From Williopsis jadinii (taxonomy: Eukaryota), in assembly GCA_024346625.1 (NCBI GenBank), contig AP024667.1, positions 682,001-746,000 of the forward strand: a stretch of 64,000 nucleotides of DNA. Reading direction: 5' to 3'. Each line of letters begins with the position of its first letter. Positions within the stretch are counted from its first letter, which is position 1. A model generated the notes under the pieces. That model had not been told where the DNA came from. It did not search any database and saw only the letters and a list, made by a program, of their open reading frames with translations. The translations under genes and the position numbers were made by a program. Shown in pieces: positions 55,339 through 64,000 of the stretch.

Positions 55339-57855
55339 ATGAACAGCCCGGTGAATATGGAGCAAAAGAGGACAAGGGTTTCTATGGCTTGCGAGCTTTG
55401 CCGTTCGAAAAAGCTGAAGTGTGATGGTGGAGAACCATCGTGTTCAAGATGCTTACACTTTGGTGTCCAATGTAACTATACAGAGATTCCAAAGAAGAAC
55501 GGTGTTTCACGCAAACAAGCCAAGCCAAGAAAGAAGAGGAAAGTCCAAAAGAAGCCAGCTAAGACCGATGTTACGGATTTGGATACTCGAATGCGCAGGT
55601 TGGAAACGCTCATGACGTCCATCTTGGAAAAGATGGATCCTGAGGCTGCTCATGACCACAGTGAAACGCAATCCGATGAGTCGACTCCAGCTTCCACTGT
55701 ATCCTTCTCAGATAGCTACTACGAAAGTGTTGGTAAGATTGGTGATACAAGCCCAAGGAAGATGCACATCAACAAGTACTTGGGTCCCCAAAATACCTTC
55801 TCTTTGCTGAGTTCACGCGGTATACAACGGTTGTCTAAGCTTAGTGGTGATCCTAATCTATTGGAACAGTTCGAGAACCTCCACCACAAGATAACTGGGG
55901 TCTTTTTAATGACCAACAACATGTGGTTAGACCCCGTGGAGAAGTCGCAACTGAGACCTCTCCCGGACAGAGATACTTCACACGCTCTCATTGATAGAGT
56001 GTTCTCTGACTTTCTGTTTGTATCCTTGTTCTTGAAGAAATCTGAGGTTCAACAGTTGTTCGATAGATACTACAGAATGGTTGAGAATCCTGGCCTTTAT
56101 GGCGAGAAGAAGCTGTCCAACTCTGACTTGTTAACCATGAACGTTCTCTTATCCATCGGCGCAATCTTGTTCATGACTGTTGAGAATAAGCCAGATAGTC
56201 CAGAGAACCGTCGCTTGCAAACCTTACAATTGAATCACATCCAGAATGCCATATACTATTTCCATCGTGTTTCTGTTATAAGTGAAGGGATCAGAACAAT
56301 ACAGGCGTTCATATTCCTGACTGTGTATTCTGAGTTCATCAGAGGGTTCCCACAGTCCTACATCTTAGTTTCCACTTTGGTGAGATTTGCACAGGAGATG
56401 GGTCTTCATAGATCTGAATCTTATGTTGGCCTCTCTCCTGAAGAAGCATCCATGAGACGCCGCATCTGGCTTTGCGTGTTCATGTTTGACCGTGATTGTT
56501 GTTTCAAAACTGGTAAGCCATTCATCATCCATCAGGAGGATGTGTCATCTGTTTTACCTGAACAGTTTAAAGATGCATTCTTTGAAGGCTTTCCACGGGA
56601 CATTGTCAATGAAATCTTTTCTCCAGGCTACGACCTCGTTGGTGCTCTCTCATGTATGACAACAGAGGAGTATTGTGTTAATCCACATAGATTGCTATTC
56701 GCTTATTTCCACTGTCACGTTGTGAACTTCATTTCCTTTGCGTATTCTGAATTGTACAGTGCTACAAGCTTGAAGAATCTCTCGGTGGATGATGTTATGT
56801 GGAAGATTGATCGTCTTAACGACAAATTGGACAGACTAATCAAATACATACCACAGTGTGTGAACCCCAACCTGGATTTCTCCTCCATAAAGGATCCTTT
56901 GATTAAACGGGAAATCAGACTGGCCCATATGCAGTACTATTCGTGTGTGATTCTGGTAAACAAACTGGCATTCACCAAGAGTTGGCTGGCAGAAGATGCT
57001 GAATTTGCCCATCAGCCATCGGAACTCCAAAGCAAACTGATTACGAAGTGTCTTAATGCAGCCAGAATCCTCATGGCATATGTCAGAGATGACGACCACC
57101 TCAATCCTCTTTCTTCCAACCACGCCTCTTTCCACTTCTTGTCTGCATTCTTTACACTGTTCACAGCAATCATTGAATACCCTTCCTCACCACACGTGAA
57201 AGATGATCTGGAATTGATATCTACTGTGAAGGCGGATCTGTTGTCGAAGCATGCGGTGCATTGTTTGAACACTGGTGATACCATAACGTACAACGTTATT
57301 AACTATTGTGTCCGTGTTTTCATTCGTATTGCCCTGCTGGTCTATAACAAGGCTAATAACGCTAACATTGATCTAACAAATTTGGACAATGAACTGAGAC
57401 ACTTTGACAACACGTTGGAAAAGATCACGACGAGTATAACCAAGAATGGTCGTATTACCAACCAAGAAACACTACAAATGAATCCAAGGATGTTTGTGCC
57501 CGCCCCAGTGGAGTCGCCATGCCAGTTCGCCGAGATGAATCAAGATTCACTAAACAAGTCGTCACTGTTCACGCAACAAGACCTACAGGCGCAACCCATG
57601 TACGAAGATGGTATCAATTGTGGATCCAATGGCGGGTCTGATATCGATTCACCATTTCTGCAAGATTTGTTCACCAACGGCGAGTTTTCTCTACAAAGTC
57701 ACCTGTTGAATCAGTACACGATGGCTGATTTTGAAGCAGAGAAGAACTCCACGGTATTGCAACATATGTTTGCCATTCCAAACGTGTTTCTAAATACCAA
57801 TGATCTTGACACTTTTAATCACATCGATTTGGAGAATCGGAATGTCCAGCCTTAA
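55339..57855 (+). CDS. Zn(II)2Cys6 transcription factor, tandem paralog of the upstream gene
   Basis: RVSMACELCRSKKLKCDG..CSRC..C and AQEMGLHR...RRRIW, with many blocks colinear with 51715-54372. Confidence 0.9.
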   Translation: MNSPVNMEQKRTRVSMACELCRSKKLKCDGGEPSCSRCLHFGVQCNYTEIPKKNGVSRKQAKPRKKRKVQKKPAKTDVTDLDTRMRRLETLMTSILEKMDPEAAHDHSETQSDESTPASTVSFSDSYYESVGKIGDTSPRKMHINKYLGPQNTFSLLSSRGIQRLSKLSGDPNLLEQFENLHHKITGVFLMTNNMWLDPVEKSQLRPLPDRDTSHALIDRVFSDFLFVSLFLKKSEVQQLFDRYYRMVENPGLYGEKKLSNSDLLTMNVLLSIGAILFMTVENKPDSPENRRLQTLQLNHIQNAIYYFHRVSVISEGIRTIQAFIFLTVYSEFIRGFPQSYILVSTLVRFAQEMGLHRSESYVGLSPEEASMRRRIWLCVFMFDRDCCFKTGKPFIIHQEDVSSVLPEQFKDAFFEGFPRDIVNEIFSPGYDLVGALSCMTTEEYCVNPHRLLFAYFHCHVVNFISFAYSELYSATSLKNLSVDDVMWKIDRLNDKLDRLIKYIPQCVNPNLDFSSIKDPLIKREIRLAHMQYYSCVILVNKLAFTKSWLAEDAEFAHQPSELQSKLITKCLNAARILMAYVRDDDHLNPLSSNHASFHFLSAFFTLFTAIIEYPSSPHVKDDLELISTVKADLLSKHAVHCLNTGDTITYNVINYCVRVFIRIALLVYNKANNANIDLTNLDNELRHFDNTLEKITTSITKNGRITNQETLQMNPRMFVPAPVESPCQFAEMNQDSLNKSSLFTQQDLQAQPMYEDGINCGSNGGSDIDSPFLQDLFTNGEFSLQSHLLNQYTMADFEAEKNSTVLQHMFAIPNVFLNTNDLDTFNHIDLENRNVQP

Positions 57856-58189
57856 TGACCCCATTTCACTCTACATTTTCTCCTATATTCTTTTCTTTTG
57901 CTGTTTATGTTATATTTGTATGAGTTCATGTCCCTTATGCCCTTTAACGAGTGATATCTTTGATGTTTCAATCCGGTGACGTTATATTCATTCACTTTTG
58001 TATCTATAAATTGGTGATGCACTATATTTTACACCCATGACTAGTACTGTAGTTCACTATTTCACTACTACAATCGTAAGCAAGACAGTACGCCACATTA
58101 TAAGAACAATGAATAAACTAATTAGTTCGAAATCAAAACAAAAAATATCATCAACAACAAGGTCGGGGGACCTGGTGTAGAGATTGACA

Positions 58190-58858
58190 TCAAAGGCCCA
58201 TTTCCGCCTGTAAGGCCTTCAAAGCCTTCTCGTCTTCATCCTCTTCCTCTACAGCCTCATGCTTATCCTCTCTAATGCTTGTGTTTGGTGCATCTGGTAA
58301 GCTTACAGGAGCAGCCGATGTCTTTGTGCCGCTATTCAACAACTTGTCATCCAACTGTTCTTGTTCCAAGGCTTCTAGCTCATCCTCCAACTCATCCTCA
58401 TCGATACCATCAGTTGGATAGGATCTAGAGATAGCCTCACTAATCTCCTCACTAATCTCAGCCTGTTCTCTAATGTCGTCCATGGTTTGGTCAACCTTAT
58501 CAACGGTGATACCGCCATGTATCTGTTTCATGGCGCTTGCACCAGCCTTCATGGCCTTCATGGTTTCCAAGTTCAAGTTTGCAGATTCTATGGAGCGGAG
58601 TTGATTCTCCAATGCCTCTATTTGCGACGTGATCTTCATCGCTTCACTATCCAACAGCTTCTTACGCTTGAGGGCGTTTCTGGCCTTGGTCTTATCAGAT
58701 GAGATGAACTTCCTAGCGAGCGCATCTTGCTCATCAATCTGTGTATAAAGGTGGTTCTGCTTCTTAGTAAGCATGTTGATCTGTTCTCTGAGACCGATTA
58801 TCGCCTTCTTTGGCGCATCTTTGGACGAAGCGCTTCCTCCAAACAAATAGTTCCACAT
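58190..58858 (-). CDS. SNF7: ESCRT-III subunit Snf7/Vps32
   Basis: MWNYLFGG, PKKAIIGLRE, IESANLNLETM, DEDELEDEL, LQAEMGL. Confidence 0.95.
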   Translation of the reverse strand: MWNYLFGGSASSKDAPKKAIIGLREQINMLTKKQNHLYTQIDEQDALARKFISSDKTKARNALKRKKLLDSEAMKITSQIEALENQLRSIESANLNLETMKAMKAGASAMKQIHGGITVDKVDQTMDDIREQAEISEEISEAISRSYPTDGIDEDELEDELEALEQEQLDDKLLNSGTKTSAAPVSLPDAPNTSIREDKHEAVEEEDEDEKALKALQAEMGL

Positions 58859-59510
58859 TGGAGTTTGTTATCAACAACCACACACACACACAATTGTTTT
58901 ATATGGGAGAACTGCGAACGGAACGAGCAAAGACTTTGTTTCACTAACGTTGGCTTAATACAACAACACCACAAGGTTTGCAAAAGATAGAAATACCACC
59001 CACTTAGCGTATCACCAGTATGTTCCAAACCCTTTAAAGGTCTCTAAAGATTTTGCTGATAACTCACGAATCAGGGAGGGCCGGTAAACTGTGAGATTTC
59101 GCCTGTTTTCCCTGGAATTTTTTTGATTTTCGCCATTTAAAGATAGAAAGGACGGGCAAAAAATACAAATACACAAAAGTGAATAAATGAAAACAGATAA
59201 AATGGCTCAATTGGGCAATATCGGAAATAGGAAATATTATGTTGTGCGTACCGTAGGCGATGAGGTCTCACAGAACAAAAAAAATGGCAAAAAAGCAAAA
59301 AAAAATCACACACCCAAACACCCCGAAAATTCTTTGTGGTTTTGTTTGTGTGCATTTTTTTTCACTTCCCGCTGAGCTTCTTTCAATCATCTTTTGACAC
59401 ATTTCTTTGTTTGACGAACTGTGCTTGTTGGGGGGTTTGTTCTTTTCAGCTGTTGTTTTGTATTATCGGTTGTTTAGTCTCAGGTTCTTTTTGTAAAGCG
59501 GACTGGAATC

Positions 59511-62500
59511 ATGCTGAGAGCTTTGAGGAATAGGAGACGTCCAGTATCTGTTGTTCAGAGAAGCGTACAGAGATGGAATGCCGGTCTTACGACTCAGGTT
59601 TCACCTTCGAATGCTGCTATTGAGGAGCTCAGACATATCTCACTGAAGCAGCTTGGCCAGTCGTCGTTGAAGTCTGAGGACCGAAACTCCAAGCTTCTGG
59701 GAAACACATGGTCATCTACAAGAGATGGCGTTCCACGCCAACAGAACGCTGATAGTATTAGCCGCCTCTGGTCGTTGTTGGATGTTTCGCTTGAGGCAAG
59801 AAATTTTGAAAGAGCAGAGTCGCTGTTGGCCATACTCCAACCTCTAACGAGACAGGACAACTTGCAGATCGTCGATGATCTGAATAAGTTCTTGAAGAAG
59901 TATGCAGATACGGTCTCTCTGGAAGCCTTGGAAACCACTGTGAAAAGTTGGCCGGAGAAATACAATGCCCATGGCAATGCGAAGACGTACGCTATACTTG
60001 TGAATAAAGCACTTGATTCGAACGAAGACCCTACAAGGCTATTGGCAAGATATGAAGCGTCGCATGGGAGACTTAGAGACGTATTCTCCTACATTGATAT
60101 ATTTGGATTGAAAAACTTGACTAGACTCATCACAGAATACAGATATAGCATTTCATTAATCCCAGAAGAATATAGAACCATGGTTGAACAAGTCGAGCAA
60201 GATCACGAAAGTAACGAAATTCTAGCAAATGAGTCCAACGAAGAATTACCACCAACCCTTGAAAAATCAGCTACAGACTTGAAAGCTGTTGACACTTTTG
60301 GTATGAAAGCCATTAGACGTACACTACTTGCGATGGGACCTGAGCTGAATGCTGAGTTCATCAAGAACCTTGATTCAGAACTTACCGACAAGTTGAACTT
60401 CTTTACATCTGGTAGCTCATCTGACATCAACTTTTTCAAAATCTACAAGTCGTTGCCACCTGATATGCAAGTAAAGTTTGAAGCTGCTTTGGATGACTTC
60501 AACCAGGATAGACAGAGACAACTTGAGAATAATGCTGTTGTTGCTGCGCAGGAAAGATGGAGACATGACTATGAGGAGTTAAAAGCACAAGGTACACTCA
60601 ATTTCTCCAAGACACTAAATGCCACATTGTGGAAATGGTCAGAAGAGTTGAGACCTTTAATTCAGGAGGAAATCAACGTTTGCAATAAAATCAACAAACT
60701 GGATACCATTTCAAAGGATTTGAAGGCTAAATTGAAAGACAGAACACATTATGCTCAATTCTTTGCCCTTCTTCCAGCAAACAAAATTGCTGCTATTACG
60801 ATTTTGGAATTGCTCAAAATGAACTCAACAGGTGGTGTTGCAGAAGGTATGAGAATCACATCTGCTGTCATGGCAGTGTCCACTGCGCTAGAGTTGGAAT
60901 TCAGATCTGAACAGTTGAAAAAATCAGAGAAAGTGGTCTTCAAGGACCTCAAATCTCCTCGTGATTTGAAAATGTATGCAAAATCACTCTCTCATTTCAA
61001 ATCTGAAAAGCTTTCTGAATGGAAAATGAGCTGGCCAAGTGATGCAAAGGCTAAGATGGGATCGCTATTGATATCCATGTTGATGCATGTTGCCAAAGTT
61101 CAAGTTGAAGGTGTCGATCCGGTAACAAAGAAAAGAGTGAAAGGTGAGGCACCAGCTTTCTATCACAGTTATCAATACCAAGGTAATGTGAAGCTAGGAA
61201 TCTTGAAGTTGCACAAGACCATTGCGACACAACTCTCTGGCGATAAGTTGAATGGTGCTGTTCAACCTCAACTGCTACCTATGCTTGTGCAACCACGTCC
61301 TTGGACTGCTTGGAACAATGGTGGTTATCTATACTCCCAGGGATTTGTTATTAGAACTAAAGATGCACCTGAACAAACGGCATATCTGAAGGCATCTTCT
61401 GATAAGATTGGTAAAGTTTATGAAGGTTTAAACGTCTTAGGATCAACTGCATGGACTGTCAATGAACGTGTGTTCAATGTTATGTCCCAAGTCTGGAATA
61501 CCGGTGAAGAATTTCTTGATATTCCAAAATTACAAGATAAGATCGAGCTACCTCCACAGCCTCAGTCGAAACATACAGAGCCAGGCGTCATCAACTCCTG
61601 GAAGGCGGAAGTGAAAAAGGCACAGAATGAATTTAACAATAATAGATCCACCCGTTGTGATGCAAACTATAAACTTGAAATTGCTAGAGCATTCTTGGGT
61701 GAGAAAATGTATTTCCCTCATAACTTGGATTTCAGAGGACGTGCCTACCCGCTATCTCCCAACTTCAATCATCTCGGTAATGACTTGTCAAGAGGTTTGT
61801 TGATTTTCTGGGAAGGTAAGGAACTGGGTGAAGATGGTTTGAAATGGCTTAAGGTGCACTTGTCCAATTTGTTCGGTATTGATAAGGCACCATTACATGA
61901 ACGTGTTCAATACGCAGAGGAGAATGTTGATAACATCATGAAAACCGCTGCAGATCCTCTAGGGTTCCAGGACTGGTGGACGAAAGCTGATAAACCATGG
62001 CAAGCGTTGGCAACAATCTTTGAGCTTGCTGATGCATTAAAGTTGCCTGATCCAACAAAATACGTATCACATCAACCAGTTCACCAAGATGGTACATGTA
62101 ACGGTTTACAACATTATGCAGCATTGGGTGGTGATGTTGAGGGTGCTAGACAAGTCAACCTAACACCGGCTGAAAGACCACAGGATGTCTACACATTTGT
62201 TGCAAACTTGGTAAAGGAGAGATTGGATAAACTTGCCCTTGAAGGTGACGAGTTGGCCATAGTTTTGAAGGATAAAATAAAACGTAAAGTTGTTAAGCAG
62301 ACAGTGATGACAAATGTTTATGGTGTGACATATATTGGTGCAACTGCTCAGATTGATAAGCAACTTGCTGATGTTTTCCCAGGTGAGGACACGTACAAGT
62401 ATTCCTTGTATCTGACCAAACACGTTTTTGCCTGTATTAGAGAATTATTCGAAGGTGCACATTTAATTCAAGATTGGCTCGCCCTCTGTGCAAAGATGAT

Positions 62501-63368
62501 TTCTCATTCTGTTCGTATTGATATGGATGCTGATGAGGTCATTCGTTCTGGTGAGAAACCACCACATATGGCTTCAACCATTTGGACTACGCCGTTGAAC
62601 TTACCAATTGTTCAACCATATCGCTCTGTTGAGCGTCGTCAAATTGCTACTAATTTGCAGACGATCTATATCAAGGATCCATTTGCGATGAATCCAGTGG
62701 ATGCTAGAAAGCAAGTTGCTGCATTCCCTCCAAACTTCATCCATTCTCTTGATGCCACACATATGCTGCTTAGTGCTATTGCCTGCTCAAAAGAGAACCT
62801 GGCTTTTGCTGCGGTTCACGATTCTTACTGGACACATGCTTGTGATGTTGATACTATGAACAGATGCCTAAGAGATGAGTTTATCAAGTTGCATGAAGTT
62901 GACTTGATTGCACGCTTGAAAGACGAATTCGATGAGAGATACAAGGGATTTTTGAGACTGGTGAAGATTCCAAGAGATTCTGCAGCAGCTAAGATGATCT
63001 TACAACATAGACACAACGTTTCCAAACAGTTGGGGAGACGTGTTACTCTCGGTGATGAGATTTACCTGGAAAGAAAGAGACAACTGTTACTGAACAGTGA
63101 AAACCCTGAGGATCAAAAGAGAGGATTGAACGAAGTCACTACCGTGAGCTTACTCGAAGGCATCGATGTCGATTCTCTGATGCCAGAGCGTAAAACTCGT
63201 GGTAAGAAGAAGAAAGAGATTGAAATCGAAGCTATGGATGCTCTTGATGAATCTGAATCAAAGGCCAGACACATCAAGGTATTGGCTCCATTGAGGCTGC
63301 CTGAGATTCCTCCAAAGGGCGAGTTTGACGTCCAAGAATTGAGAAAGTCACAATACTTCTTCTCATGA
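59511..63368 (+). CDS. RPO41: Mitochondrial phage-type RNA polymerase
   Basis: PHNLDFRGRAYP, PVHQDGTCNGLQHYAALGGD, RKVVKQTVMTNVYG, PPNFIHSLDATHM, AVHDSYWTH, YFFS C-terminus. Confidence 0.97.
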   Translation: MLRALRNRRRPVSVVQRSVQRWNAGLTTQVSPSNAAIEELRHISLKQLGQSSLKSEDRNSKLLGNTWSSTRDGVPRQQNADSISRLWSLLDVSLEARNFERAESLLAILQPLTRQDNLQIVDDLNKFLKKYADTVSLEALETTVKSWPEKYNAHGNAKTYAILVNKALDSNEDPTRLLARYEASHGRLRDVFSYIDIFGLKNLTRLITEYRYSISLIPEEYRTMVEQVEQDHESNEILANESNEELPPTLEKSATDLKAVDTFGMKAIRRTLLAMGPELNAEFIKNLDSELTDKLNFFTSGSSSDINFFKIYKSLPPDMQVKFEAALDDFNQDRQRQLENNAVVAAQERWRHDYEELKAQGTLNFSKTLNATLWKWSEELRPLIQEEINVCNKINKLDTISKDLKAKLKDRTHYAQFFALLPANKIAAITILELLKMNSTGGVAEGMRITSAVMAVSTALELEFRSEQLKKSEKVVFKDLKSPRDLKMYAKSLSHFKSEKLSEWKMSWPSDAKAKMGSLLISMLMHVAKVQVEGVDPVTKKRVKGEAPAFYHSYQYQGNVKLGILKLHKTIATQLSGDKLNGAVQPQLLPMLVQPRPWTAWNNGGYLYSQGFVIRTKDAPEQTAYLKASSDKIGKVYEGLNVLGSTAWTVNERVFNVMSQVWNTGEEFLDIPKLQDKIELPPQPQSKHTEPGVINSWKAEVKKAQNEFNNNRSTRCDANYKLEIARAFLGEKMYFPHNLDFRGRAYPLSPNFNHLGNDLSRGLLIFWEGKELGEDGLKWLKVHLSNLFGIDKAPLHERVQYAEENVDNIMKTAADPLGFQDWWTKADKPWQALATIFELADALKLPDPTKYVSHQPVHQDGTCNGLQHYAALGGDVEGARQVNLTPAERPQDVYTFVANLVKERLDKLALEGDELAIVLKDKIKRKVVKQTVMTNVYGVTYIGATAQIDKQLADVFPGEDTYKYSLYLTKHVFACIRELFEGAHLIQDWLALCAKMISHSVRIDMDADEVIRSGEKPPHMASTIWTTPLNLPIVQPYRSVERRQIATNLQTIYIKDPFAMNPVDARKQVAAFPPNFIHSLDATHMLLSAIACSKENLAFAAVHDSYWTHACDVDTMNRCLRDEFIKLHEVDLIARLKDEFDERYKGFLRLVKIPRDSAAAKMILQHRHNVSKQLGRRVTLGDEIYLERKRQLLLNSENPEDQKRGLNEVTTVSLLEGIDVDSLMPERKTRGKKKKEIEIEAMDALDESESKARHIKVLAPLRLPEIPPKGEFDVQELRKSQYFFS

Positions 63369-63386
63369 TCATTCCCAGACACATAT

Positions 63387-63396
63387 CCTGTACATA
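63387..63396 (+). promoter_or_regulatory. Puf3-type element in the RPO41 3' UTR
   Basis: CCTGTACATA (C-N-UGUAHAUA) about 19 nt after the stop codon of a mitochondrial gene-expression gene. Confidence 0.55.
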
Positions 63397-63646
63397 TTTA
63401 TCCATATGGCTAATAAAAAGTACATATGAAATGAAACTATCTTGCTTTGATTATGCCTCTTACGCTGGTAGCCACGGTGACCAAATAAACGGTTCGGGAA
63501 ACACTTCATCTTCATACTCGTCAAATTCCGGGGAAACACTCACACCGGATTTCAACATCAACATCCATGAAATTTTACTTCAGGGGGGGTCTCTTTTGTC
63601 TTCATCATCAACAAAGAAAACAAATCAGATCAGTGAACACCGAACA

Positions 63647-64000
63647 ATGCCAACTCTTCCAACAGCATTTGCCGAGACCACACGTAGATCACTCACATCA
63701 GCTGATCTCCGTAAGAGAGTTCTCAAGCTGTACAGGGATTACCTGCGTGAAGCGCCATCTTTCATTGAGTTGTATGAGCTTGACATGCCAGTGGCCAGTG
63801 TTAGAACAAAGATCAGACAAGAGTTTGAGCGTTATAGATTTGAGAAGGATTTGTCCATCAACAACATAGTCTATGCCAAAGGTCGTATGGAGTTCCAGGA
63901 ACTGGTTAACTTCTGGAAACAGCAGCCACATGTTTACAAGTACTTTGAACAAGAAGGTGAGACCAACTATGTTCCTCAAGTTGGCGAAGGCGCCTTCATG
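63647..64000 (+). CDS. NB4M: Complex I accessory LYR subunit NB4M/NDUFA6 (runs off window end; not in ORF track)
   Basis: Translation MPTLPTAFAETTRRSLTSADLRKRVLKLYRDYLREAP...RTKIRQEFER...EFQELVNFWKQQPHVYKYF, open to 64000. Confidence 0.9.
   Translation, partial: MPTLPTAFAETTRRSLTSADLRKRVLKLYRDYLREAPSFIELYELDMPVASVRTKIRQEFERYRFEKDLSINNIVYAKGRMEFQELVNFWKQQPHVYKYFEQEGETNYVPQVGEGAFM

Overview
A gene-dense 64 kb segment of a budding-yeast (Saccharomycotina) nuclear chromosome. The introns are yeast-type (GTATGT/TACTAAC/YAG), CTG appears to be read as Leu, and a complex I subunit gene is present. This fits a pre-WGD, non-CUG-Ser yeast such as a member of the Phaffomycetaceae (inference). About 32 protein genes are recognisable: a DUF3445/HDOD-like protein, RPS14, RPS22, RPL39, SWE1, SYP1, an ATG30 ortholog, RIM1, STE3, a Nudix hydrolase, a TOS1/TOH1-like GPI protein, an intron-split ASG7, SET2, LST4, an alcohol acetyltransferase, a PhyH dioxygenase, TFA1, SED5, RRB1, PNP1, SEC13, SDH2, a bacterial-type PI-PLC, a frameshifted HAA1/CUP2 ortholog, RAD54, an EVE-domain protein, MOB2, two tandem Zn2Cys6 factors, SNF7, RPO41 and a partial NB4M. 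A probable snR189 snoRNA is also present. Most notable: (1) an Atg30-type pexophagy receptor lies at what appears to be the S. cerevisiae ATG36 syntenic position; (2) HAA1/CUP2 is split by a +1 frame change; (3) a hidden ASG7 carries an ancestral a2-Mcm1 site and lies near STE3, which carries an alpha1-Mcm1 site; (4) ribosomal-protein promoters combine Tbf1/Cbf1-type and Rap1 sites; (5) a ~2.7 kb TGATCA-rich region with no credible gene is a centromere candidate; (6) an orphan Rap1/Cbf1/TATA promoter precedes a structured non-coding stretch ending in an Sm-like site. No searches were run; all homology and synteny calls rest on recalled motifs and gene order. No tRNA, rRNA, transposon or CRISPR array was seen.
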